Assembly (NCBI GenBank): GCA_963843375.1
Contig: CAWJKT010000010.1
Coordinates: 1-64,000 of the forward strand
Length of the DNA: 64,000 nt
Direction of reading: 5' to 3'
Source of the DNA: an uncultured Pseudomonadota bacterium
Lineage (GTDB): Bacteria > Oederibacteriota > Muellerivitia > Muellerivitales > Muellerivitaceae
A model generated the notes under the pieces. It made no database searches and was not told where the DNA came from. It saw only the letters and a program-made list of their open reading frames with translations. The stretch's first letter is position 1, and each line of letters opens with the position of its first letter. This document shows positions 11,750-23,131 of the stretch, one piece after another. Made by a program: the position numbers and the translations under genes.

Positions 11750-13496
11750 TCAGGCGGGAGCGCCGGCCCAATTCGACCCCGCGTGCACCGTGTCGGTGTC
11801 GCGGCCCGAACGCAACACGCTTCCGGGCACGGCGCCGGTGAAGTCCCCGTCGCGCACGATCTCGGTTCCGTTCACCAGCACGTGCCCGACGCCCACCGCG
11901 TCGGCGTAGAGGCGGCTCGCCCCCCCGGGCAGGTCGTCACGGGTCCGCACGACGCCGTGGCCGATGGTCGCCGGGTCGAAGACCACGACGTCGGCGAAGC
12001 CGCCCGCGACGAGGCGGCCGCGGTCGCGCAGCCCGTAGAGCCGGGCCGGGACGTCGGTGAGCAGCCGCACCGCCTGCTCCCAGCTGAGCAGGCCGCGCGC
12101 CCGGACCCCGTCGCCCAGCATGGACGTGGAATAGATGGCGCCGCACATGGTGTCGAGGTGGGCGCCGGCGTCGGAACCGCCGACGATGGCCCGCGGGTCC
12201 TGCCAGACCTCGGCGCGCAAGACCCAGTCCTCCTCGGACTCGGGGATGGGCGGCCGGAGGCCCGTGCGCAGGCCATCGGCGACCACGACGTCGAGCAGGG
12301 CATCGAAGGGCGTCAGGCCACGCTCTCGCGCCACCTCCCCGACGCTCCGGCCCTCGATGCCGGCGTTCTCCGGGGCGAAGGTCTCGTCGATGATCAGGCG
12401 CTCCCATACCGCGAGGTGCCGCAGTATGCCTGCCTCGTCCGACTGCGCACCGGCGTCGAGCCGACGCCGGGTCTCCGGGTCCGACAGCGCCTTCATGCGT
12501 TCGGGTGGGGCGAGCGCGAAGACCTCCCGCCACCCCGGGAGGCCGTCGAGGATGGCGCCGTGCTCGAAGCTCAGGCGCAGCTGCATGGTGTGGGGCAGCG
12601 TCAACGCGAGGACGGTCGCCCCGCGCTCCGAGGCGGCGCTGCCGGCGGCCAGCTGGCTCCAGGCGCCCTCGGCGTTCATGGCCGAGACGCCCAGGACGTT
12701 CCAGTTGACCGGTCGATCCGCCAGCAGCGACATGGTGGCCAGGAAGTCGATGTCCTCCGCGCTGAAGCCGTTGAGGCAGCCGGCGACGATCAGCTCGACC
12801 GTGGTGCCCTCGTGCGCACGCACGGCGGCCGCCAGGCGCTCCATCTCCTCGCGGGCCGCCGCGCGCGACGGAACGGGCTGGCCGTCGCCGTCGTTGTGCG
12901 TGTGCACCTGCGAGGTCGAGAAGCCGAGCGCTCCCTCCGCCAGCGCCGCGTGGAGCGCCGCCTCCATGGCGTCGAGGTCCTGCGCCGTGGCGGCGCCGCC
13001 GACGGCGCGCTCGCCCATGACGAGCCGGCGCAGCGTCGAGTGACCGACGAGGAAGCCGGCGTTCACCGCGATGCGGCCGTCGAGGCGGCCCAGCCAGTCG
13101 CCGAAGGAGCTCCAGTCCCAGGGCACGCCGGCGCGCAGCGCGGCGAGCGGCATGCCCTCGACCCGCGCCATCATCCGCGAGATGTAGTCGACGTGCTCCG
13201 GGGCCATGGGTGCCAGCGAAAAGCCGCAGTTGCCGCCGAGCACGGTGGTCACGCCGTGCAGCGGCGACGGGCTGGCGTTGGGGTCCCAGAAGAGCTGCGC
13301 GTCGTAGTGCGTGTGCAGGTCGACGAAGCCCGGGGTGACCAACATGCCGGTGGCGTCGATCACGGTGTCCGCACCGGCGCCACCGGCGCCGGACCCGATG
13401 TCGGTGATCCGTTCGACCCTCGATCACGACGTCCGCCCGGACCGGCGGCGCACCGGTCCCGTCGACCACGGTCCCCCCGCGGATGATCACGGTCAT
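11750..13496 (-). CDS. N-acyl-D-amino-acid deacylase-family amidohydrolase
   Basis: IRGGTVVDGTG, PGFVDLHTHYD, GNCGF, SDAGAH, ADVVVFD; frameshift near N-terminus. Confidence 0.92.
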
Positions 13497-14986
13497 GCCT
13501 CTCCTCCCTGCTCCCCGGGCCCCGGCCGGCGCACCCGCACCCGCTGGCGGGCGAAGGCCTGCATGCCCTCGGTCCCGAGCTCGACCCCGAATCCGGACTG
13601 CTTCCACCCACCCATGGGTGCGTACATGTCGATGGCGGACATGCCGTGCGCGTTGACGAACACCGTTCCGGCCGACAGCCGTGACGCCACGTCGGCCGCG
13701 AGCGCGTCGTCGTTGCTCCAGACCGACGCGCACAGGCCGAACGTGGTGTCGTTGGCCGCGTCGACCGCCTCGTCGATGTCGTCGTAGGGGATCACGGGCA
13801 GCGCGGGGGCGAATTGCTCCTGGCGCACGATGCCCGCATCCGCCGGCGGCGCCACCACGAGCGCCGGCGAGACGAAGTAGCCCCCGGATCCCTCGTCCTC
13901 CATCCGCACGCGGCCCGGGCGGACGAGCACGGCCCCCGCCGCGGCGGCCTCGGAGAGCAACGCCTCGACCCGGTCGCGTGCGTCGGCCGTGTGCACCGGG
14001 CCCATGGTCACGCCGTCGGCCAGGCCGTCGCCGACCACCTCCGTCGCCAGGCGGCCCGCCAGCGCATCCACCGTCTCGTCCAACCGATCCCGGTGCACGT
14101 AGAGCCGCTTGATCGCCATGCAGACCTGCCCGCTGGTGACGAAGGTCGCCTCGACGAGGCGATCGGCCAGCGCGGCGTCGCCGGCGACGTCGGGAGCGAG
14201 GATGGCGGCGTCGTTGCCGCCGAGTTCCAGCACGACGGGCCGGGTCGTGGCGGCCGCCGCGGCCATGACGGCCTGCCCGGTGCCGACGCCACCGGTGAAG
14301 GAGACCATGTCGACGCCGGGATGGCCCACCAGCGCGGCACCGAGCGCGGCAGAAGGGCCGTTCACGACGTTCAGGACGCCGGGCGGCAGCACCTCGGCCA
14401 TCGCCGCGGCGACGAGCAGCACGGTGCCCGGGCACGACGGCGGGGCCTTGACCACCACCGTGTCGCCCGCCAGCAGGGCGGGCAGCACCTTGTTGCCCAT
14501 GACCGACACCGGCCAGTTGAAGGGCAGCACGGCGGCGACGACACCGTGGGGGACCCACTCGATCCGGGTGGCCCCGCCACTGACGTCACGCGCCGCGAGC
14601 GCCTCGGCCACCAAGGGCGCGAAGGCCGCCGCCATGCCGCCCATGGTGGCGGTGTCGAAGATCGCCTCGAGGTGGGTCTTGCCGTGCTCCCGGGTCAGGA
14701 GGCGGGCCAGGTCGTGGCGCTCCACCGCCGCGACGCCCGCCTCCGCCGCGGCCACGACGATCGCCGCGCGCTCGGCGGGCTCCAGCGCGGCCCAGGCTCG
14801 CTGGGACCGGCGGGCGGCGCCCACGGCCAGGTCGAGCTGGGCCGGCGAGGTGGACGGGGCGTCGAGCACGACCTCGGCCGGGCGGGCGGGATTCGTGACC
14901 GGGTAGGTGCCCTCGCCCCCGGCGACCAGGTCGCCGTCGATGAGCAGGCCCACGCGGGTGCTGACGTCATCGACGTATGTGGTCAT
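13493..14986 (-). CDS. Aldehyde dehydrogenase
   Basis: PFNWP, SFTGG, LELGGND, GQVC, EQFAP, PMGGWKQSGFG. Confidence 0.95.
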   Translation of the reverse strand: MTTYVDDVSTRVGLLIDGDLVAGGEGTYPVTNPARPAEVVLDAPSTSPAQLDLAVGAARRSQRAWAALEPAERAAIVVAAAEAGVAAVERHDLARLLTREHGKTHLEAIFDTATMGGMAAAFAPLVAEALAARDVSGGATRIEWVPHGVVAAVLPFNWPVSVMGNKVLPALLAGDTVVVKAPPSCPGTVLLVAAAMAEVLPPGVLNVVNGPSAALGAALVGHPGVDMVSFTGGVGTGQAVMAAAAATTRPVVLELGGNDAAILAPDVAGDAALADRLVEATFVTSGQVCMAIKRLYVHRDRLDETVDALAGRLATEVVGDGLADGVTMGPVHTADARDRVEALLSEAAAAGAVLVRPGRVRMEDEGSGGYFVSPALVVAPPADAGIVRQEQFAPALPVIPYDDIDEAVDAANDTTFGLCASVWSNDDALAADVASRLSAGTVFVNAHGMSAIDMYAPMGGWKQSGFGVELGTEGMQAFARQRVRVRRPGPGEQGGEA

Positions 14987-15013
14987 GCGCACCCCCGAGC
15001 CGGACAACTTCAC

Positions 15014-15027
15014 TGACGATAGTGTCA
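15014..15027. promoter_or_regulatory. Operator-like site TGACGATAGTGTCA
   Basis: TGAC-N6-GTCA between the divergent ALDH and amidohydrolase. Confidence 0.68.
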
Positions 15028-15034
15028 CCTTCTC

Positions 15035-16267
15035 GTGGGAACCGTCGACACAGGGCCCGCACCGGGCCGGGCCACCCTGCTGCCCGACCCTGAGCCCAGG
15101 CCGATCCTGATGCCGGTGATCTCGGTCGACGACCACCTGATCGAGCCCCCGGACCTCTTCGAGCAGCGTCTGCCCGCCGCCCTCGCCCCGGGGGCGCCCC
15201 GCGTCGTCGAGCAAGAAGACGGGACCCAGAGCTGGGTCTTCGAGGGGAACCTCTATCCCAACGTCGGGCTCAACGCCGTCGTGGGTCGACCGCGGGCGGA
15301 GTGGAGCATGGAGCCGGCCCGCTTCGACGAAATGCGGCCCGGCTGCTTCGACATCGACGCCCGCATTCTGGACATGGACCGCGCCGGCATCTGGGCCTCG
15401 CTGTGCTTTCCTTCGCTCGTCTCGGGTTTCTGCGGTGCGGTCTACTCGCGGGCGACGGACAAGGATCTCGGGCTCGCCTGCATGCGGGCCTTCAACGATT
15501 GGCACCTCGAGGTGTGGGCGGGAACGTACCCGGATCGCATCATCCCCCTGCAGCTGCCCTGGTTGGCCGACGTGGAGGTCGCCGCGGCCGAGGTCCGGGC
15601 CAACGCAGCCCGCGGCTTCAAGGCGGTCAGCTTCCCCGAGTTCCCCGCCCAGTTGCAGCTGCCCTCCATCTTCAGCGGCCGATGGGATCCCTTCTTCGCC
15701 GCCTGCGAGGAGACCGCGACCGTCGTGTGCCTCCACACCGGCGCATCGTCGTGGGCCCCCCTCCCCTCGCCGGATCCGCCGTTCGAGCTGTTGCCCACCG
15801 TGTTCCCCGTGAACGCCCTCCTCGCCGCCGGCGAATGGCTGTGGTCCGGCGTGGCGCTCCGCTTCCCGGACCTGCAGGTCGCGCTGTCCGAGGGCGGCAT
15901 CGGCTGGGTCCCGATGCTGATGGACCGGGCCGACTACGTCCTGGGTCACTCGGCGTCGGGCAGCGAGAGCACCGCCTGGCCCTCGGACCTCCTGCCGAGC
16001 GAGGTGCTCCGGCGCAACTTCTGGTTCTGCTCCATCGACGACCCGTCCGCCGTCGCGCAGCGCCACATCATCGGCGTCGACCACATCATGGTGGAGAGCG
16101 ACTACCCGCACGCCGACTCGTCCTGGCCCGACACCCAACGGGTGCTGGCCGCGACCTGGGGCGCGCTCCCCGACGACGAGCTGCGCGCGGTGGCCGGCGG
16201 CAACGCCAGCCGTCTTTTCCGCCATCGGCTCCCATTGGTCGACGACTGGCGCAACCCGCCGCCGTGA
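15035..16267 (+). CDS. Amidohydrolase_2-family protein
   Basis: ISVDDHLIEP, AFNDW, CLHTG, SEGGIGW, ESDYPH. Confidence 0.92.
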   Translation: MGTVDTGPAPGRATLLPDPEPRPILMPVISVDDHLIEPPDLFEQRLPAALAPGAPRVVEQEDGTQSWVFEGNLYPNVGLNAVVGRPRAEWSMEPARFDEMRPGCFDIDARILDMDRAGIWASLCFPSLVSGFCGAVYSRATDKDLGLACMRAFNDWHLEVWAGTYPDRIIPLQLPWLADVEVAAAEVRANAARGFKAVSFPEFPAQLQLPSIFSGRWDPFFAACEETATVVCLHTGASSWAPLPSPDPPFELLPTVFPVNALLAAGEWLWSGVALRFPDLQVALSEGGIGWVPMLMDRADYVLGHSASGSESTAWPSDLLPSEVLRRNFWFCSIDDPSAVAQRHIIGVDHIMVESDYPHADSSWPDTQRVLAATWGALPDDELRAVAGGNASRLFRHRLPLVDDWRNPPP

Positions 16268-17752
16268 CCGGCCGCGGAGACCTTCCGCTCCCACCGCGCG
16301 CCGGCCCCGTCGTCGACGCCGACGGGCATGTCGTCGAGCCCGAGTCGGCCTGGGCGGCCCTGCCCGAGCGGTACCGGCCGCACATCACAGCCGACCGTTC
16401 GGGGTACGAACACGTGGTCGTCGGCGACACCGAGATCCTGGCCGTGCCGCTCGGCACGCTCGCCCGCCCGGGTTCGACGTTCGACGACCCCGCCGCCTTC
16501 CGGCCCCTGGCCGACGCCATGCCGGGCGGATCGGACCCGAGTGGCCCGCCTGCGCGACATGGACAGCGAGGGCATCGACCAGGCGGTGTTGTTCCCGACC
16601 ATCGGGCTGTACTTCTCGGTGGTGGAGGACCCGGCGGCGGCGGTCGCCCTGGCCGCCGCCTACAACGACTGGCTGGCGCAGTACTGCGCCGCCGATCCCC
16701 GCCGGCTCTTCGGAGCGGCCATGCTCCCGCTGCAGGACCCGGCGGCGGCGGCACGCGAGCTGCGGCGCGCCGTCACCGAGCTCGGCCTCGTGGCCGGATT
16801 CGTCCGCCCCAACCCCTGCCTGGGACGCGCCCTGTCCGACCGCGCCTACGACGTGGTGTGGGACGCGGCCGAGGAGCTCGGCGTGCCCATCGGCATCCAC
16901 GAGGGCAGCTCGGTCATCGTGCCGACGCTCGGGGCGGACCGCCCGTTCAACCCGCTGCTCCTGCACGCCGTGTCCCATGCGTTCGAGGCGATGCTCGCCT
17001 GCGCCGAGCTCATCGCATTCGGCATGCTGGAGCGCCACCCCGGCCTGCGCCTCCTCTTCTTGGAGTCCTCCGGGGGCTGGGCCCCGTTCTGGCTCGAGCG
17101 CCTGGACGAGCAGGCGGAATCCTTCGGCGGCTTCTGCCCGGACATGGCGCTGCGCCCGTCGGAGTACTTCGCCCGCCAGTGCGCCATCAGCTTCGAGGTC
17201 GACGAGCGCACCCTGCCCGCGCTGGCGCCCTTCGTCGGCGAGGACCGCATCGTCTGGGGCAGCGACTACCCGCATCACGACGCCACGTTCCCCGGGGCGG
17301 TCGACGCCATCCGCGCCACCGTGGCCCCCTGCCCCACCGCGGCGCAGGTGCACGTGCTCGGGCTCAACGCCCGGCGGCTCTACTGGCTCCCGTCGCGGCG
17401 TGCCGGGCTGCCCGGCCTCATCGACGACTACTTCACCGCCGTCACGGCGCAGGAGATCGACCTCGTGCGCGCGCTGTTCACGCCCGACGCCGTCTTCGAG
17501 AGCGGCGACGTCCGGCTGCAGGGCCTCGACGCCATCTGCGGGTACTACACCGACCACACCTTCGCCTTCGAGGACTTCCGGCCCGCTCCCGGGACTCCGA
17601 CCTTCGACGGCACGCGGGTCCAGGTGGACATCGACGTCCACCTGGGCGGGGCCCAGAGCTCGGTGCGCGACGTCTTCGAGACGGACGGCACGCGCATCAC
17701 GGCGCTCCGCGTCCGCGGGTTCGCCGACGCGCTGCGCGCCGCCGCGCGCTGA
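16264..17752 (+). CDS. Amidohydrolase_2 protein fused to a C-terminal SnoaL/NTF2-like domain
   Basis: DADGHVVEP, YNDW, IHEG, GSDYPH; in-frame tail IDDYFTAV..LFTPDAVF..GLDAI..DVF; one frameshift near 16540. Confidence 0.85.
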
Positions 17753-17770
17753 GCCGACCGGCGGGCTGCC

Positions 17771-19480
17771 TCAGGCGGGCTGGGGCTGCGGACCGCGCAG
17801 GAGGCGGCCCGGCCGCTCCCCCGTCGCCTCGTCGTGCTCGCGCACGACCGTGCCCGACTTGACCGTCGCCACGTACCCCCGGGCGCGCTGGACGAGCCGC
17901 TTGCCCGACGCCGGGAGGTCGTAGACCATCTCGGGCGGCTCGAGGGCCAGCGCGTCGTGGTCGATGACGTTCAGGTCCGCCAGGTGGCCCGGTGCGAGCA
18001 GGCCCCGGTCGCGGAACCCGTAGAGCTCCGCCGTGCGGCGGGTCTGGAGGTGCACGACCGTCTCGACCGGCAGCCCCTCGCCCCGCTGCCTGTCGCGGGC
18101 CCAGTGGGTCAGCATGAAGGTGGGCAGGCTGGCGTCGCACAGCACGCCGCAGTGGGCGCCGCCGTCGCCGAGCCCGAGGACCGTGGCCGGGTGCGTGAGC
18201 ATCTCGCGCACGGCGTCGAGGTTGCCCGCCGAGTAGTCGAGCAGCGGGAGGTAGAGGAGCTCCTTGCCGTCGCGCTCGAGCATCAGGTCGTAGAGGACCT
18301 CGTCGGTCGTCCTGCCCTGTGCGGCGGCCAGGGCGGTCACGCTGCGCTCGGGCGCCGGCTCGTAGTCGGGCGGGTCGCCCAACGGGAACAGCTTGTGGAG
18401 GTTGCCCCGCAGCAGCTCGACGAAGCCGCCCGGGCGCGCCTCTTCCGACAGGATGGCGGCGCGCACCTCGGGCGTGCGCAGCCGGGCCACCCGCTCGGGC
18501 AGCGGCAGGTGGGCGATCTCCTGGTAGGCCCGGTGGTGCGCGAAGGGATGCGTCACCGACTGGAAGCCGACCATCAGCGAGGTCGGCTTGCCCGCGACCT
18601 GGGGCACCAGCCAGGCGCCGCGCCGGTTGGCGGCCACGCCGCGGTCGATCCACTCCCGCCAGAGGTCGGGCGCGAAGTCGGCCTGCAGCACCTGGTAGGT
18701 CACGGGCACGCCGGCCCGGATGGAGATCTCCGACATCCAGGCGAACTCGTGGTCGAGGTCCCGCATGTCGCTGGCCAGCGAGAAGACCCGGTGCCCCGCC
18801 TTGCCCAGCGCCTCGCCGATGGCGATGAGCTCGTCGGCCGCGGCGGTGGTCCCCGCCGCCAGCTCGCCGTCCTTGGCCCGGTGCAGGATCGTGCGGGTCG
18901 TCGACGCTCCGATGGCGCCGGCCTGCACGGCCTCGCGCACGAGCGCCGCCATCTCGGCGATCTCCTCGCCGTTGGCCACGTCGTTGGCCCGGCCCTCGCC
19001 GAGGACGTAGGCCCGCAGCGCGCCGTGCGGGACGAGCGACGCCACGTCGAGCACACGGGCCGTCCGCTCCACCTCGTCGAGGTACTCGCCGAAGGTCTCC
19101 CAGTTCCAGTTCATGCCCTCGGCGAGCGCGGTCCCCGGGATGTCCTCCACGCCCTCCATCAGCTGGATGAGCCAGGCGCGGTCGGACTCGCGGGCCGGAG
19201 CGAACCCCACGCCGCAGTTGCCCATGACGACGGTGGTCACCCCGTGCCAGCCCGACGGCGAGACCTCCGGGTCCCAGGTGGCCTGGCCGTCGTAGTGGGT
19301 GTGGATGTCGACCCAGCCCGGCGTGACGAGAAGGCCGTCGGCGTCGATGACGCGCCGGGCCGGGCCCTCGACCTCGCCCACCGCGGTGACGATGCTGCCG
19401 TCGACGGCGACGTCGCCGGTCCGGGTCGGCTGCCCCGATCCGTCGGCGATGGTGCCGCCGCGGATGATCAGGTCGTGCAT
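17771..19480 (-). CDS. N-acyl-D-amino-acid deacylase-family amidohydrolase
   Basis: Intact 569-aa ORF; PGWVDIHTHYD, GNCGVG, GDGGAH, ADLNVID. Confidence 0.93.
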   Translation of the reverse strand: MHDLIIRGGTIADGSGQPTRTGDVAVDGSIVTAVGEVEGPARRVIDADGLLVTPGWVDIHTHYDGQATWDPEVSPSGWHGVTTVVMGNCGVGFAPARESDRAWLIQLMEGVEDIPGTALAEGMNWNWETFGEYLDEVERTARVLDVASLVPHGALRAYVLGEGRANDVANGEEIAEMAALVREAVQAGAIGASTTRTILHRAKDGELAAGTTAAADELIAIGEALGKAGHRVFSLASDMRDLDHEFAWMSEISIRAGVPVTYQVLQADFAPDLWREWIDRGVAANRRGAWLVPQVAGKPTSLMVGFQSVTHPFAHHRAYQEIAHLPLPERVARLRTPEVRAAILSEEARPGGFVELLRGNLHKLFPLGDPPDYEPAPERSVTALAAAQGRTTDEVLYDLMLERDGKELLYLPLLDYSAGNLDAVREMLTHPATVLGLGDGGAHCGVLCDASLPTFMLTHWARDRQRGEGLPVETVVHLQTRRTAELYGFRDRGLLAPGHLADLNVIDHDALALEPPEMVYDLPASGKRLVQRARGYVATVKSGTVVREHDEATGERPGRLLRGPQPQPA

Positions 19481-19514
19481 GAGTGCTCCTCCCCGACGCG
19501 CTCCGGCGCGCCAA

Positions 19515-20554
19515 CTACACCCAGCTTCGCAGCTTTTCGATCATGGCGACGGGATCGGGGCCGACCGGCGTCACGTTGAGGTGGGTCACGCCGACCTCGG
19601 CCAGGGCGGCCACGCGCTCCTTGATGTAGGACTCGGGGCCGCACAGCGACGTCGCCTCGAGCAGCTCGGCCGGCACCAGCGCCGCCGCCTCCTTCTTCTT
19701 GCCCGACAGGTAGAGGTCCTGGATCTCGGCCGCCTCCTTCTCGTAGCCGTAGCGGCAGGCCAGCGCGTTGTAGAAGTTCTTCCCCTTGGCGCCCATGCCG
19801 CCGATGTAGAGCGCGGCCGCGCCCCGGCCCAGGTCGCGGATGGGGGCCACCTCGGACTCCTCGCCGATGGCCAGGATGCCGCCGGCGGCGATCTGCAGCG
19901 TGTCGAGCGACGGAGTCCCGCTTGGCCGCGCCGGCCGCGAGCGAGGGGCCGAAGACCTCCTTGGCCTTCTCGGGCACGAAGAAGATGGGGAGCCAGCCGT
20001 CGGCCACCTCGGCCGTCATGGCCACGTTCTTCTCACCCAGCGCGGCGACCCAGATCGGGATGCGGGACGCGCACGGGGTGGTTGATGAGCTTCAGCGGCT
20101 TGCCCAGCCCCGTTCCCTCACCGGGCGGCAGGGGGATGTGGTACGCCGCGCCGTCGTGGGTCAGCGGCGCCTCGCGGGCCCACACGTCGCGGCAGATCTC
20201 GATGATCTCGCGGGTGCGGGTGAGCGGGCGGTCGTAGGGGACGCCGTGGAAGCCCTCGATCACCTGGGGGCCCGAGGCGCCGAGGCCGAGGTGGCAGCGG
20301 CCGCCCGAGATGGCATCGACGCCGGCGGCCGTCATGGCGATCAGCGTGGGCGTGCGGCTGTAGATGGGCAGGATGGCCGAGCCGATCTCCACCCGCTCGG
20401 TCTTGGCGGCCAGGTACCCCATGAAGCTCGGGGCGTCGAAGCTGTAGGCCTCGGCCACCCAGACGACGTCGAGCCCCACCTTCTCCAGCTCCACCGCCTG
20501 CTGGGCGGATTCGGCGAACCCGCCGGCGTAGTTCAACGTCATGGACAGCTTCAC
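19515..20554 (-). CDS. LLM-class (probably F420-dependent) oxidoreductase, frameshifted
   Basis: VWVAEAYSFDA, IGSAILPIYSRTP, LGLGASGPQVIEGFHG, AEVADGW, LYIGGMG. Confidence 0.9.
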
Positions 20555-20681
20555 GCGGTCCTCCCTTTCCTCGGTCTGGGAGCGGGGCGTCGTGCCCGCC
20601 ACCGCTCGTTTCGTTGCGCCCATCCTGCCGCAGAAAAGAGTGTACTCAACTCCGCTCCGGGCGACCCTTAGCATCGCAGCC

Positions 20682-21299
20682 ATGACAGCAGACCGGATCG
20701 AGCTCGTCCTCTTCGACCTGGGCGGGGTGCTCATCCAGCCCGGCGGGGTGGCCTCCATGCGGGCCTTGACCGGCATCGGCAGCGACGAGGCGCTCTGGAC
20801 CCGCTGGCTCGAGCTGCCGCTGGGTGCGCCGCTTCGAGGCCGGGCGGTGCTCGCCCGAGGAGTTCGCCGCCGGGGTGGTGGACGACTGGGAGCTCGACCT
20901 GGAGCCGGCCGCCTTCCTCCAGGCATTCGGCGGCTGGCCCGAGCCCCCCTTCGACGGCGCCGCTGGAGCTCGTCGCCGCCGTGCAGGCGACGGTCCCGGC
21001 GGCTTCCTCTCCAACATGAACTCCTTCCAGTGGGCGGCCAACTACGAGGCGATCCCGCTGACCGAGGCCTTCGCCTTCCGCTTCCTCTCCTTCGAGCTCG
21101 GCTTGGTCAAGCCCGACGCCGCCGTCTTCGACGCCGTGGCGGCACGGCTCCCGGTCCCCCGCCACCGGGTGCTCTTCCTCGACGACAACGCCGTCAACGT
21201 GGAGGCGGCCGCGGCAACCGGCTTCGCCGCCCGGCACGTGCGCGGCGTGTCGACGCCGCCCGGGCGGCACTCGTCGAGGCCGGGGTGCTCGCGGTCTGA
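20682..21299 (+). CDS. HAD-family phosphatase, frameshifted
   Basis: LFDLGGVL, LSN, KPD, FLDDNAVNV. Confidence 0.88.
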   Translation: MTADRIELVLFDLGGVLIQPGGVASMRALTGIGSDEALWTRWLELPLGAPLRGRAVLARGVRRRGGGRLGARPGAGRLPPGIRRLARAPLRRRRWSSSPPCRRRSRRLPLQHELLPVGGQLRGDPADRGLRLPLPLLRARLGQARRRRLRRRGGTAPGPPPPGALPRRQRRQRGGGRGNRLRRPARARRVDAARAALVEAGVLAV

Positions 21300-21353
21300 G
21301 AGCCCCGACACGCCGGAGCACGGGTTGGGGCCGGCCGCCGCGCCTGTGCCAAC

Positions 21354-21785
21354 ATGCCGCCCATGGTTGCCAACGGCCCGATGCTGCGTCTCCTGCCGCG
21401 CCTCAGCGACGACGTCGCCTTCTTCTGGACCTCCGGCGAGGACGGCGTCCTGCGCTTCCTGCGCTGCAACGCCTGCGGGTTCTACATCCACCCGCCGGGC
21501 CCGGTCTGCCCCCGCTGCCTCTCCCGCGACGTCGCGCCCCAGGCGGTCAGCGGGCGGGGCCACGTCGAGACGTTCACCGTCAACTACCAGCAGTGGATCC
21601 CCGGCAGCGACCCCTACATCATCGCCTGGGTGTCGATCGACGAGCAGCCCGACGTCCGCCTGACGACGAACCTGGTCGACGTCGAGCCCGACGACGTGCG
21701 CATCGGCATGCCGGTGCGCGTGCTCTTCGAGCACGTCGAGGACGTCTGGCTCCCGCTCTTCACGCCGGCGGAGGACGCGTCGTGA
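21354..21785 (+). CDS. DUF35 Zn-ribbon/OB-fold protein (ChsH2 C-terminal-like)
   Basis: FFW..LRCNACG..PPGPVCPRC..SGRGHVETFTV..IGMPVRV. Confidence 0.9.
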   Translation: MPPMVANGPMLRLLPRLSDDVAFFWTSGEDGVLRFLRCNACGFYIHPPGPVCPRCLSRDVAPQAVSGRGHVETFTVNYQQWIPGSDPYIIAWVSIDEQPDVRLTTNLVDVEPDDVRIGMPVRVLFEHVEDVWLPLFTPAEDAS

Positions 21786-23016
21786 GCCCGCGGCCGACCG
21801 AGGAGCCGCTGGAGCGGCGGGCCATCATCTCGGGCATCGGGCAGTCGGACGTCGGGCCGCCGGCTGGGGCGCTCCGAGCTCGACCTGACGGTGGAGGCGG
21901 CGCCTGGCCGCCATCGCCGACGCCGGGCTGACCCGCGACGACATCGACGGGCTCTCGACCTATCCCGGCATGGGGGCCGGGACGCCGGGGTTCGGCGGCC
22001 CCCCGACGCCCGAGGTCCAGGACGCGCTCGGCCTGTCCCTGAACTGGCACGACGGCGGCGGCGAAGGGCCGGCGCAGATGCGCGCCGTCATGGCGGCGTC
22101 GCTGGCCGTCGCGGCCGGCCTGGCCCGGCACGTCCTCGTCTACCGCACCGTCACCGAGGGCACGGCCCAGGGCACCGGCGGCCGGCAGCCCATGGGCGGC
22201 TCGGGCGGCGGGGGCTCGGTCCCGCGCTTCGGCAGCTTCATGCAGTGGTCGCTCCCCTACGGCGCCGTCTCGGCGGCCAACTGGATCGCCATGGTGGGCC
22301 AGCGCCGCATGCACGAGTTCGGGCTGACCCGCGAGCAGCTGGGCCAGATCGCCATCAACGGCCGGCGCAACGCCGCGCTCAACCCCAAGGCCGTCTACAC
22401 GGACCCGATGTCGATGGAGGACTACCTGGCGGCGCGCATGATCACCACGCCGCTCTGCCTCTTCGACTGCGACGCGCCGTGCGACGGCTCGACCGCGGTC
22501 ATCGTGTCGCACCGCGACGTGGCCGGCGACCTCGACCATCCCGCCGTGCAGATCAACGCCCTCGGCACCGCCCTGCGGGGCCGGCCCAGCTGGGACCAGT
22601 TCGACGACATGACGACGATGGCGGCGCGTGACGCGGCGGCCTCCATGTGGGAGCGCACCGACCTCACGCCGGCCGACGTCGACACGGCGCAGCTCTACGA
22701 CGGCTTCAGCGTGCTCACCATCGTCTGGCTCGAGGCCATGGGCTTCTGCGGCCGCGGCGAGAGCGGGCCCTTCATCGAGGGCGGGGCGAACATCGCCCGC
22801 GACGGGCTCCTGCCCCTCAACACGGCAGGGGGCCAGCTCTCGGGCGGCCGCCTGCACGGCTTCTCTCTGATCCACGAGGCCTGCGTGCAGCTCCGCGGCG
22901 AGGGCGGCGAGCGCCAGGTGGTGCGTCCGGGTGGCCGGAACCCCGAGGTGGCCGCGGTGGCCAACGGGGGCGGGCCCATCGCCGGCACCATGCTGCTCAC
23001 CCGCGGCATGCGCTGA
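21782..23016 (+). CDS. Thiolase-like (SCP2-thiolase/Ltp-type) protein
   Basis: AIISGIGQS, NAALNPKA, PLCLFDCDAPCDG, QLYDGFS, NTAGGQLSGGRLHG; coupled to the DUF35 gene by a GTGA overlap. Confidence 0.88.
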
Positions 23017-23047
23017 TCTCAGCGCCCTGACCAGCGCGTACTTCTCC

Positions 23048-23130
23048 GAAGTCTCAACCTGATACCTGAGACGGAGGTTGAGACTTCTGGTCTCGTTGCG
23101 ATACTCACCCTGAAGTCGAAGGTTGAGAGT
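23048..23130. repeat. REP-like inverted-repeat element, possible bidirectional terminator
   Basis: Perfect 13-bp arms GAAGTCTCAACCT (23048-23060) and AGGTTGAGACTTC (23075-23087); further AGGTTGAGA at 23120-23128; lies between convergent genes. Confidence 0.65.
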
Positions 23131-23131
23131 T

